A stretch of DNA of 64,000 nt from the human T2T-CHM13v2.0 reference genome, Homo sapiens, in NCBI RefSeq assembly GCF_009914755.1, contig NC_060935.1; one strand, written 5' to 3'. Positions 27,738 to 41,067 of the stretch are shown piece after piece. The notes below the pieces were generated by a model. That model saw only the letters and a program-made list of their open reading frames with translations, did not search any database and was not told where the DNA came from. Made by a program: the position numbers and the translations under genes. Every line of letters begins with the position of its first letter. The first letter of the stretch is position 1.

Positions 27738-28003
27738 GGGAGAAGGAAGAAAGGAAGAAAGGAAGGAAGGGAAGAAGGGAGGGAGGGAGGGAATGAGAAG
27801 GGAGAGAGAGAAACAAAGATAAAAGGAAGAAAGAAAATAAAGAAAAAGAAGGAAAGAAAAAGAAAGAGAAAGAAAGAAGAAAGAAAGAACGAAAGAAAGA
27901 AAGAGAAAGAAAGGAAGAAAGAAAGAGAAAGAAAGATGGAGGAAGGAAGGAAGGAAAGAAAAGAAAAGAAAAGAGAAAAAAAGAAAAGAGAAGAAAGAGA
28001 AAA
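27738..28003. repeat. ~265-bp polypurine (GAAA/GGAA)n tract
   Basis: Almost pure A/G on the + strand; it generates the F/S/L-rich ORF 27564-28037. Confidence 0.97.
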
Positions 28004-29499
28004 TATGTCTTCTAAGACCAGTGGGAAAATATCTCAAGGATGATCAACTATGTCAAATGCTGATGATAAGACAACAAAGACAAGAACCAAGGATTTCCCA
28101 TGGATTTAACAATGAGGTCATTATTCAAAGTTAGCAAACGTTTTTTTAAAGTAAATTTTTTAATGGATACATACATGTGCAGAATCTCATACTAAATGTA
28201 CGTTAAGAGCGTAGGAAGAAAATTTGTTCTCTTTTCACTATGACAAGACATGCCCCTTATTAGTGGAGTCAGATTTATGATAACAGTAAAACAAAATGTT
28301 TATTCTATCAATGCCCCAATCAACTCAAACTGACTATCAGCAGGGATAACTTACCTGCACTTGGAACAAAAAAGCAAATGATGAGCATATTCTTCTTACT
28401 GCCACTCCATGGGAATTTTCTAATGATGCTGGGATAAAAAATAACCCCCAAGTATTAAATAAATCATCTTTCTTTGAAATTTATAGCAGCTAAACTTTAT
28501 TGTTTGGCTTGAACTGCAGTATGAAATTTTCGTTAGCAATAATTTAAGAAGACATTTCTCACTACAGTCAATATTTGGCAAGCTTCAATTAATTCATAAA
28601 CAATAAGTTAGGTCTAAATTTATTCTTGTAAGCAAGCATTTATGTCCTTCAGTCATTAGGTATGTTTTATTTACTGACTAGCAAACATTGAATGAAACAG
28701 TTTTTAAAGTTAATAGCATTTGTCTTAAACGACAGTTTGCTATGTCTTATGTACCTGTAGAACTTATAGTTGAATTTGGAAATATGTAGAACTCTTTATA
28801 TCCTGTGCCTAAAGAGTGTTAACACACATATTGGTAAAACTCCATAAGTAGAATTCGGTTCTGTCATGAAGTGGAAAAAAGTGGGAGGTCTGCTCTTAAT
28901 TACTCTAGTCCCTCAACTGTGTTTCTAGAATGAAGTGGCTTTATTGATGCTGGAATTCCCAGTAGAATTGCAAAGAGAGGGTGGCAGGTGTTCAAGCCTT
29001 AACTGGGAAGATTGGGGTGAGAATATCTTTAGGAGTAATTACAGGTGAATTAACTGATCTTTCCTAATGATTTTATAGCAAATTTATTCTGCACAGTTGG
29101 AACTCTAAGGAAAAAGCTATTTTATAAACCATAAATTACTTTCTTTCCTGGTGGGATTGGACTGGCTGTTGAAAGTTACATGCATCTGGGATTAGACACT
29201 CAAAGCCAAATTTTAAGTGTATGTACATTTTGACCATAAACAGATTAAATAAAGGAAGCTACAAGTCTGTCATTTCTAAAATGGAGCTGATTAAGAAATT
29301 TACCTTATGGTACTGCACTGAGGATTTAATGAATTCTTATATAAAGCATACTGTAGAATACCTGGCACAAAGTAAACACTCCGTAAATGCTAGTTGAAAC
29401 ACAGACATACATTCGACACCTAGTCATTTTTTCTCCCTATAAAATACAGCCTAAAACTAAACTCACTTACCCTATATTGGAGTGAACTTTTCAAAATTC

Positions 29500-29870
29500 A
29501 TGTGAATTACATAACACATCTTATGGTCTTATATGGCTGGCCTCAATGCACCTTTTGAGTTTAATCTCTCTTCGTTCGTCAGTCTCTTATGCATGATTTC
29601 ACTGAATATCCTGTAGAACTACAAGAACTAGAACTACTAGAACTAGTACAAACTTTTCCCCCTCTTGCCATTTCCTATTATTTGCCCAACTCCTTTACAC
29701 ATCTAAAGACAGCTGAGTGTCACTTCCTAAATAGGTGCTTCTCCAGAGACTTGTAGTTTTACTGTCAGGTTCCTTCATAGATTGTGAACTCCTTGAAGAA
29801 ATGGGTTGTTTTTGCCCCATTCCCAGAACATAGAAAGTCTTTATAAATGTTGACAGGAATATGAGTATTT
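29500..29870 (+). mobile_element. L2 3' fragment
   Basis: tagattgtgaactccttgaaga...cccagaacatag...ataaatgttgac. Confidence 0.6.
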
Positions 29871-30254
29871 TTCTCACAAAATTGATTTTAGGGTGATTGC
29901 TATTCTGTATCTTTAGCTACATTTTTAACCTGTCAGAATTATAACTCTCTGATAAGGGAGGGGAATTATTAATAACAGAAGAAGCAGGTTCTGTTTCGAA
30001 GAGAAGTGCCTGTTTTAGAGAAAGAGCAAATCAGACAGAGAGACATATCATCATGTGAAATTACTTTTATGATAAACTCTTCTTTATCTATAAGAGAAAT
30101 TAGAGGACTCATTAACTAGAAACTTGCCTGCAGTCTACTAAAATAATAATGCCTTATAAATTGTGATGTCAAAGCCCTCAACCTTCTTGGAAAGTTGTCC
30201 TAATCATCAAAAAAGATGACTCTTCTTTATGTTTACAAAATGAAGTCAATTTTA

Positions 30255-30495
30255 TTGTAATAATAAGAGCTAAAATGTATCGAGTGCTTACATTGTGCCA
30301 GCTTCTGATATACATGCTTTACTTATTTAATACAACCACCCGTTGAAGTTGGTCATGATATTTTCCTCATTTTATGAAAGAGAAAACAAGGACTCAAGAT
30401 GTTACAAAATGTGTTGAAAGTCATAGAGATTATAGGAAATCATACCCAAGTCTAGTTGTCCTGATCCAAGAAGCCAGCCACTGTGCTGTATTATA
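30255..30495 (-). mobile_element. MIR
   Basis: ataataagagctaaaatgtatcgagtgcttacattgtgccag...cattttatgaaagagaaaac. Confidence 0.7.
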
Positions 30496-31889
30496 TGCCT
30501 ACTATTTGGAAAGTGATATTGTATGGGTGAGATGAGGCTAATTAACACACAGAGAATATCTAATTAGTTTACTCAGTGTATTGAAATGTGTTGCAATTTT
30601 ATATTACCTGACATCAGGAAAAGTCATCATCTCATGTTTCTCATGCCCCTAAATGGTAGTGCAATAGTCGTGAAGCTGCAGGTAGTATAAGAGATTATCT
30701 AAACGTGTTCCATTTTTTCACACACGTGGATGCTGAGTGTCTATGGGAGATAAGGAACTAACACTAGATATTTGAGCTGATTCGATTCTAAGTGAAGAAT
30801 AGAAACCTCATAAAGCATGCTTAAAATTTCCTATACAAGAAAACCAAGTTCATATTCTATTCCCTATCTGAGATAACTTCAACAAATATTTGAGCAGCTG
30901 TAAAACTTTTGTTACATCTGCAACCACTTTAAAATTTAAATTGGCAAGGTCTACACTCAACTGGGACATCTGCCACCAGTAGGATAATGCCATGGCTGGC
31001 TGGTGGTGGCTTTAGTTAATATTTATAGAATTAAATTATTATTCATGTGTGTTCAATTCTATATCTTTCTGTAAAAATATGACTATTAAAGTAGAAATTA
31101 ATCTGTATGTATATTAAAAACATAATTTATTTAAACAAAGGAATGATTTGAAAAATACTTTTTAGTAAAAATATTTAGTTTCAACTAATTATCTTTCTCA
31201 TGACTTGCATATTATGTTTTTCTAATTTTAAAGATAATATATTTTAGTCTTTGACCAAAGGTATTTCACTTGTCAAAAGCTCTGAATGTAGCCTAGGTGG
31301 CTGATTCAGTTTGGTCTTTTTCTCTATTATTAACTCAAAACAATTCTATAAATAATTGAAGCTCCTTCCATGTTGGAAGTCTACTTTTTATTTCCATGTA
31401 GCTAAGAAAATATACTAATGCCATATATGTGTTTCTCATTTTTCCCCTAGTTTCTCTACTGCCAATCCTTTCTAGCTGGGAGAAAAATTTATTTCCATTG
31501 CTTTACCTTTTTGCCTTTGATTTTATAAGAAGAACATTCTTTAAATTGTAAGAAGATATCAATTTTAAAATGCATTAGTCTGATTTATTAAACTTCTTAA
31601 GGGGAAGAAACCATAAATACTAAAGAAAGTATACGTAATTCTGGAGACCACATCCTGATTCCTGAAACATTAAAAAGTGAAAAATTGTGCATCTAAGAAT
31701 TGCTGAAATAAACACACATGGTTTAGATCTAGTCTAGAATGCCATCCATTTTCCTAAGATTTCTTTAATAAGGCATGCTATAACCTGAAAGTTTGTGTTC
31801 ATCTCTCAAAGTTCCCTGCCTGCTAATACCATCACACTGGTGATTAGTTTTCTAACTTTGAGAGATGATTAGGTCACTAATGGAAAATG

Positions 31890-32660
31890 AAGGGGTGCTG
31901 AACATGGGCATTTAGTGTCTCTTTAACAGAAAACTTCTTTTACCTGGTGAATGTCCTAATGCCTATTTGCCTGATCTGTGACCAGGGGTTTCCTCCCATG
32001 GGAGCTGGTTATACTAGCAGGTGCCCTGTTGGCTCTTGTCTGACCTGTTTATGCCTGCCTGACCTCTTTCACTGTGCTGCTGGGAACGCTATGGACCTTG
32101 TGTTTTCCTGGCATCCTGGGGAAAACCCAGCCTGCGAAGCCCCTAGTTTTTTTGATTTTGTTTTGTTTTGTTTTGTTTTCAGATGGAAGGCACAAATATA
32201 ACACACCACCAAAGCATAAACAATTCAAAAGGTTTTCTACTTACATATCCTTGGCAGGGATGTGCAATGAATCTGGAGGACAATCTTCTGTTTCTAGGTC
32301 AAGACAGAGATGAAAGGTCAGACAGAGAGACAGCAAGCACATGGCAACTGGCACTAATATATATACAAGCACGTGGCAACAGGTACTAATGTATATGTAA
32401 GCGAATAAGGTGTGGGTTATTTTAAGTTTGTTGGCAATGAATGATTTCTTTAAAGGAAGTATCAGAAAAGCAGGCACCAGTCTGCTAGGCAAAATGGTGC
32501 CTGTAAGTTATTATCTCTGGCCACTGACTTGAACCATTTGGGTGTTGTATACACTGGAAATTGTGCCAAAGGTAACTGAGCCCTAGTTCTGACATGAGAA
32601 AGTTAAACTTGTATTCAAAATGGATGCAGAGGCAACATAAAATTATAAGAATTCGCTACC
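31890..32660 (-). mobile_element. ERVL-type LTR (MER74/MER73-like)
   Basis: The reverse strand begins gtagcgaattcttataattttatgttgcctctgcatccattttgaatac. Family assignment from memory and tentative. Confidence 0.5.
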
Positions 32661-33629
32661 TTCTAACTCCTATTGCTCTCTTTAGTACAGGATATAAGAT
32701 TTCCCATTGTAAAATGACATATTTAAAAGGGCAAATGTATTTTCTAGTCATTTGAAAAACACATTTAAACTGAAATGTGGACCTCAAGCAGTCATATAAA
32801 GTGGTGCACAGTCAGTTTTAGGAAGTTCCAAAATAGTAGATGCTTTCCACTGTGAGATGCAGCGATCTCTGGTTTTATTTTGGGTACTGCTGCAGGTGAT
32901 TTTCTCTTGGTTTAAATTTAATTGCACTTTGGACAAATTAATGCATGTTTTCAGCTGCCTGGCCACAATGGTTTATTTTATTTAAGTCTACAAAATGTAG
33001 TTAAACACATTTACATAATTTATTATATTTGGAAATTTTAAATGGTCCCAGATCATTACTTTCACCTTGAAAATTGATTGAGGCCTTATCATTCCACTTT
33101 CTAATTAAGCACAGTGATTTACAGCCTTCATTCAGCTGTCACAAGAACTGTATTCCTGTCTTATGACTGCAGATGCCTCCCCCTACTTGGTTCTTGCCTG
33201 TTTTCTGAGCCTTATTCATAGGCTTTCTCTTCATTCTGTACAAAGTCCTTCCAATAAATTCATTTATGCATGATTTTGTCATTATTGGGTATGATTATAT
33301 TCCAATTAATATAGAGTAAGATTGTGAAAGTATGCTGCATTTATGATCATTTTGGTTTTACAGCCAAAAGTTTTTTTTTGGATTTGAGCTAATGTGTAAG
33401 CCATATTGCAAATATGATATTTTAAGTTTCCAGTCAAAAATCAAAATGAGATTGAGGATATAATTATATTAAATATTTTGTCATCCTCTGACTTAAATTC
33501 AGGTTTTACCACACAGGAGTGGGAAATATTACACGACATTTTTAGGCAGATCTGACACATACGCATGCTGAGTTCCCAAAAAGTTGTAGGAATATTTGTT
33601 TTTAAGCTAACCAACACCTGAACACCATT

Positions 33630-34005
33630 TGATATTGTTAGGCTTTGTGTCCCCCCACAAATCTCATCTTGAATTGTAGTCCCCATAATCTCCATGTGTC
33701 AAGGGAGAGACCAGGTGGAGGTAACTGAATCATGGGGGATGGTTTCCCCCATGTTGTTCTCATGATGGTAAGTTCTCAGGAGATCTGATGGTTTTGTAAG
33801 GGGCTCTTCCCACTTCACTCGGCACCGCTCCTTCCTGCCTCCTTGTGAAGAAGGTGCCTTGCTTCCCCTTCATCTTCAGCCATGATTGTAAGTTTCCTGA
33901 GGCCTCCCCAGCCATGCTGAACTGTGAGTCAGTTAAAACTCTTTCCTTTATAAATTACCCAGTCTCAGACAGTTCTTTATAGCATTATGAAAACACACTA
34001 ATACA
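33630..34005 (+). mobile_element. THE1D-like MaLR solo LTR, TSD CCATT/CCATC
   Basis: tgatattgttaggctttgtgtcccc ... ctaataca with 5-bp flanks. Confidence 0.92.
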
Positions 34006-35877
34006 CCATCCAATTGAGAGGTATTCCCTAAATAGGTGGTATGCAGGGTCTACCTTCCACTTACAGAAGCCAAAAGGGGATGGATGTTTTCTCACTCACC
34101 CTGGTAAAATATGGCATTAGCCTAAAATATAAATTTGGTTACTTGAATGTTCTTCCTTGCTGTTCTTAACCGTAAGAAAGTGACAAAACTATGTGATTAT
34201 GTAACATGTGGGTGGGGGGCAAAAATATTTAAGCATGACATCAAACATGTACTGGAGGCGTGTAACTAAAAAATCTGGGATATACTAGTACTAAGACAAG
34301 GCTTTATCAAGGTGAGGAGGTGATGCAAACGACATTACCAGGTTCCAAATTTTTCTCTCCATATTCAGGTCTTCTTTTTCTAAGTAAAATCTATTCTCAG
34401 ATAAACTATGTGATCTGTTTCAATGCCTAAGTAATGTCAAATGATAATTGTTTCAGAAATAAAGAAGAATGATCATTAATCATAAGTGAAAAGGTTAAAT
34501 TGGTAAATTGTCTGAGGATCAGAATTCCCTTTTCAGTGTCCTGTGCCACCATGTTTTTGAAGCATATACCATCTGAGAAGAATCTCAGTATGGTCTTTGA
34601 GGACAGTCTCCCCTGTGCCCCACAGTTGGCTCAGCTGAGGCTGCTTGTAATTAATTATCCCCAAATTCTGGATGCATTTCAAAATACTGAAATGTTCTGA
34701 TTTTTAAACTCTGGCAATGACATCTAGCTTTACGGAAACATTTCTTTACACTGTTGCCCAGAATTACCAACTGCCAGAATAAATTATGGACATACATTAT
34801 AATCACTGCCCATTTATGGATGGCCACAAAGATATCTATGTTGTGGAGTGACAGTCTTTCCTGTGCTCATCCAGGTACATTGTACAAGTATATCATAAAT
34901 GCTTTAAGTTAAATGATGTTCATTTTTCTGCTTTAACACCTTAGAATTGGACAGAATAAACAAAAGGGAATTCAAGTGAAATTTTATTTGCTATAATGAA
35001 GAAATAGTTGTTCTCCCCCACCCCCATGGAAATCCTTATATTCAGATGGAGATTAGATTACATGATATACGAATTTCCCTCTAAGAAGTGTATAATCTGT
35101 AACATGTAATTGTGAATTAATAAATGAGCAAATATATTATAAAAATGTAACCAAGCATATACTCAGGGAGAAAAGATACAGAGTCTCAAATTCTGTTAAT
35201 ACAGAGGTGATAACAAACCAATTATATGTAGTCATCAAAATAATTATTCTACTGTTTATCAAACTTAATTACATGACAAACAGAAGAAGTACATGACAAT
35301 AATAACATGATTAATTCAAATTCTAGCAGATCCTTTAAAAAATCTAGAATATAGATGTTTTCAGATATTCTAGCAGTATTCAGCTATGCAGATGCAATCT
35401 CTTAAACAAGTGGAATCACCATTTAAAACTAGTTATTTGCTTGGGATGACTGACTAGCAGTCATTGACTATAATCAATCTTGTAGGCTTGATTTATGAAT
35501 AAGAATTTTGCGGCTGTGAAAGCTGAAGTTAAGGAGGTGGGGGAGCATTAAAGAGGATCATCAAAAGTTCTCATACATGAATTCCTAATGTGTTAGTAAC
35601 TCTACCTACTGGCATCAAAAAATGAACTGGTTGTTTGAGATAGTCACACAATCTGGATTTACTCATCTTTATCCTGAGATATATTATTTCATAGATAAGA
35701 GTCACATGTTTAATAATGCACAATGAAAATTTGTGCAAATAAGAAAATACATATGTACATATTTATATGAATATGCTAACAGAAATTTCTAAAATCACAT
35801 ATAGAAAAAATATAAAGCATTTTAGGGCCATTTACAGGAGGAGTAAAAGTTCTTTTTTTTTTTTTTTTTTTTTGCAG

Positions 35878-37463
35878 GTGATACAAATTTAATTCTATTG
35901 CTCTTATGATGAAAATACAACTGCAGTGAAATGGCAAGCATCTCTTCAGTTACACTGCTTTACATTATCACTCTACGTTTATTCATGGAAGGAACTCAAA
36001 TGTTAAAAAGTTATAAATAGCTGAGAAACGTTCAAAAATGAGGTTGGCCAATGCAGTGAGAAAAGAAATACAAATTAGAACAAAAGAATACTATTTCCCC
36101 TAAAATTGACAAAAGTCTACTTAACCGACAGTATCTAATGTGAGCTAGAGTGTGATGAAGCATACCCTTGTCAACTTTGGTGATAAGGCAATTTAGCATT
36201 TCCACAAAAATTTTAAGTGAAAATATCATTAGTCATAGCAATTCTACTTCTCTAATACAATTATAAGGAAGCCATATCACAAACATATGGAGATATATAC
36301 ATACTGACATGTACATATACACATACACATATATACACTATGTTACATACACCCACATTCATTATATCATTATGAAATTAAAGAACAACTGGAAAACACC
36401 TTTTGGTTCCTAATAAGGGAAGATTTAAATACTTTACTATAAAGCTATATTATTATACTTTATGCGAAAATCAAAAGGAAGATATATTCTATATTTCTAG
36501 CAAGAAAAGAAAGTTCACATATGTTGTTGATTGAAGAAAAGGAAGTTCCAGACTAATAAAGGTGACGGGCTTCCCTCTTTGATAAGTCCTATGTGTCCTA
36601 TCTATCTCGACAGAATTCTATCAGGAATAACACTGTACTTGTTCCACAGAAATTGTTTGATAAGCTTGTCTGGAATAGAATCTGAGTTAAATGTGCCATT
36701 GTTCTTCCCCAGATAACTTTTTGGAGTCTCCATAGATCATACAAAGAGAGAACAGAGAAACAAGGCAACAAATTGGGATACGCTGCAACACTCTGCACTG
36801 AACATCTGACTTCAATTAGCCAACCCTCAATTTCCAATACAAAAATCACAAAAGGATTACTAAGGGAGAATTTATAATGGAAAAGAGGTGAAAAATGGCT
36901 TCTTTGCTTTGATTATCAGCAGGGTGTCCAGTACAGTAGGTATAGCTGGCATGGGACTGGTAGTGCAGGCTGGCTCTTGGAAAGGAGTATGTATTCCAGG
37001 CTGGTTGGCTGCTGTTCCACTGGGAGCTGAAGCCAGGGCTCATGGTCACTCGTGACTTACTAGTTTGATAGGCTCTCACTGTGGAGCTAGACTCGTTTGC
37101 TTGTTATTTCTTAAGAATCTCTGTATCTTTCTCCTTTTTTACCTTCTGTGGTTGTGATCTGTGAGGAAAAATGTGTATTTCTCCCAGATTCAGCCTATAT
37201 TTATCCTGATGTGGCTGTGAACTGGACCATCTGCTATAGGAAGGAGCACCTGAAGACTTGTTGGCTGAAGTTCTCTGTCTGGCCTCGAAAGACATTCAAA
37301 TTAGCCACCACTGGAGTAGATGACCTAAAAGTTCTTACAACTCTCAATTATACCCAGTGATGTCTCGATTAGCACTTATTATAAAAATTAAAATTTATAA
37401 TTCAACATTTATACCATCCAGAAAAAGTTAAAATATATTAATAGCCTATTTCTCTTCAATAAA
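35878..37463 (+). other. Candidate alternative terminal exon region of LUZP2 (acceptors before 35878 and 37188; AATAAA at 36555 and 37458)
   Basis: T21-gcAG|GTG ATA CAA ATT TAA (VIQI*) in phase 0; second acceptor atttctcccAG|; downstream AATAAA hexamers. Inferred from motifs only. Confidence 0.4.
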
Positions 37464-38699
37464 GCGTATATATAACTCTATTTGTTAATGTTTCTATTCT
37501 CCATAACATTCTGTTTATAGATAAGCCCTATGCTATTTCTAGTCAAGTGCTAATCTCTTGAATGAAGCTGAATTAGGTAGTCAACTACTAGATGTATCCT
37601 GAAAAACAAGTAATGTGTATATTTCATTTATTTTATACATAAGAGCTACAGACTGTTGTCACAATCTTTTCAAGGGCTATTAAATTCATTATTTTAACTA
37701 ACATTTTTGAACATCTGTCTTATGTTGTTAATTGAGGACATTTCTGAATGTATAACAACATAAGAATAATAGTTTTTAAACTTCAAAGAGATGACAGGTT
37801 AATGAGTAAAGGAGAAATATGAAATATCACAGAATTCCTTGACACTAAATGATGTTTTGCAAATACTGAACAGAATGATGTTTGTAAACTTTCCACTGGT
37901 TTTCAAGAGTCCCAAAACATTAGGAAAATGTACATCACCTAACTTTGTCACATATTTATAATTGTTTTTCCTTTTTGTTTCCAAGAAGCACAATGTAGAC
38001 CAAGAGGTAGAAAAAATATTTTTAAAGATACATGTCTAAGATGTTCAGCTTTTGTCAAATGAAGCAATAGTCACAATAATGTCACAGAGACAATGGATTG
38101 CCAGCTTAATCCTCAGCAATAACATAATACTCATTATCAGGCATTTATTCATTTATTCGTTCATGAATGCTATTCATTCACATTCATTAAATAATAACTA
38201 CAAGTTGAATAATGTTTTCAGCACTGGACACACAGAAAAATCAGACAGATTCGATTTTTTGTTTAGATGAAGAAGAAGGAACAGAATATAAACAGCAAAA
38301 AAAAAATCAAAACACACAGAAAAAAACAAAAGTAGCAAAACTCAGTGCTCAGAAATTCTGTAGAGTATTTCTATACACATGCACACATACACACATACAT
38401 TCACACCCTATAATACCACTTTTATTATGCTATTTTGCATAGAAAACTCTTTAGGGATATTAAATTTTATTAAAATAACAACAGAGATCCTTGGAGAAGA
38501 CTACACATAATATATCACCTAATAGCATGAAGGTTTTTATCTGCTTATCTTGTCTCCTAGTTTTAAATATACACATTTAAACTTTACACATTTGGACTCA
38601 GAATATGGAAAGCGTTTTATTTTCCATATTTTCAGTTAATATTACAATACTTCTTTAAAGGCCTGGCATATACTTTTTTCATTTCCATCCAATTTCATG

Positions 38700-38757
38700 C
38701 TGACACACAAACACATGCACAAATACACACGCACACACACACACACACACACGCACA
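38700..38757. repeat. (CA)n-rich microsatellite
   Basis: Directly visible. Confidence 0.9.
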
Positions 38758-39119
38758 TGGTTTATTATTTTTTACAATTTTGATCATAGTTTTAGACATT
38801 TCCCTGCAAATTGTTTTCCTCTAAGAACAATTTAATATGAGCATCCATCCAGGAGACTAATTATAAACCTGCTTTACAATTAGTAGAGATTTTTGGTAGC
38901 TATATAATTTTGATTGTACATTCTGTGTTTCAATTGTTTATTTTCATATCTGTAGCCCACTCTAACTCAGAAGGTGAGTTCTTTGAAAGCAGATAACTCC
39001 TGTTTTATATTTGTATTCTCAAGATCTAACACTGAGTCTAGCACAGAGAAGTCAATGAATATCTATGAGTGAATAGAATATGCATGAATAAATAAATATT
39101 TTTAACGAATCTTTTCTAA

Positions 39120-39712
<593 letters not shown>

Positions 39713-41067
39713 TGAATCTTTCCATTTAAAACAAATTATACCCTCTAGACTTTATGTATGATAGGTTAACTGGGGGCAATTGAGAACGGGATGCCTATTA
39801 GAATAAATAGGGAGATCACAAAAAACTTTCAGAAGCAAACAGTCACTACAATCAAAATAGTTATTAGACACATAGAAAATGAGGAGGAGAAAACACAAAC
39901 TAGGATAATGGCTAGTTCAAGTCAAGTTCCTGGGACTTAGGAAAAAATAACCAATCTAACTTGGTTACAGCAAATTTTTTATATAGGCAAGACATTAGAC
40001 TGGTGAGAGATTCTCAAATTTTTAATCCCTTGAAAGTCAGTCTGTTTGTAATTTATAAAACTCCATGACAGATTTTCCGTGGGGTGGCATAAGATTCTCA
40101 CCATATTTTAGGAAGTTTAGGAAGTTTACCCTGAAACAAATGTGCTAAGTAGGTTGAGTTACAGTGAACCTTAGAGTAGGCTAGAAAATTCGCTCTTGGA
40201 AGAACCCAGCAAGTGGGAGCCAAGCTAGAGGAAGAACAAGAGGATAAAAACTTAAGGAATGAGTATATATATATAAAAAAACTGCAAGAAAAACAAACAG
40301 AACTTTTTTTTTAATTTATCCTTTTTTTCATCTTTTAGATTCAGGGGGTGCATGTGTAGGTGTGTTTCCTGCATATACCTCATGATTCTGAGGTTTGGAG
40401 CATGAATGCTATCACCCAGGTACTGAGTATCGTACCTAAGAGTCTTTAAACCCTTGCCTGCCTCCCTCACTCCCCACTCTTGTAGTCCTCATTTTCCATT
40501 GTTGCCATCTGTATATCCATGAGTACACAATATTTAGCTCCCATTTATAAGTGAGAATATGTGGTATTTGATTTTCTGTTCCTGTGTTTGTTTAGGATAA
40601 CAATATCCAGTTGCATCTATTTTGCTGCAAAGGACAAGACTTCCTTCTTTTTAGGGTTGCATAGTATTCCATGGTGTATATGTACCACATCCACCATTGT
40701 TGGGCACCTAAGATGATGCCATGTCTTTGCTAATGTGGGGCAATGAACATGTGAGTGCATGTGTCTTTTGGTAGAAATATTTGTTTTCTTTTTTTGGATC
40801 TTTGGGCAGTAATGGGATTGCTGAGTTGAACGGTAGTTCCCTTTTAAGTTCTTTGAGAAATCTTCAAACTGCTTTCCATGGTGGCTTCACCAATTTACGT
40901 TCCCACCAATACTGTATAAGTGTTCCCTTTTCTCCACACCCTTATCAGCATCTGTTGTTTTTTGACTATTTAACTACAGCAATTCTGACTGGTGTGAAAT
41001 GAGATCTCATTGTGATTTTGATTTGCATTTCTCTGAAGATTAGTGATGTTGAACATTTTCTCCATAT

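Noticed and set aside
27564-28037. 157-aa F/S/L-rich 'membrane' ORF (also 56955-57278)
   Set aside because: Translation of purine or pyrimidine low-complexity tracts.
37044-37057. Oestrogen response element GGTCA-ctcg-TGACT
   Set aside because: The spacer is 4 nt; a canonical ERE needs 3.
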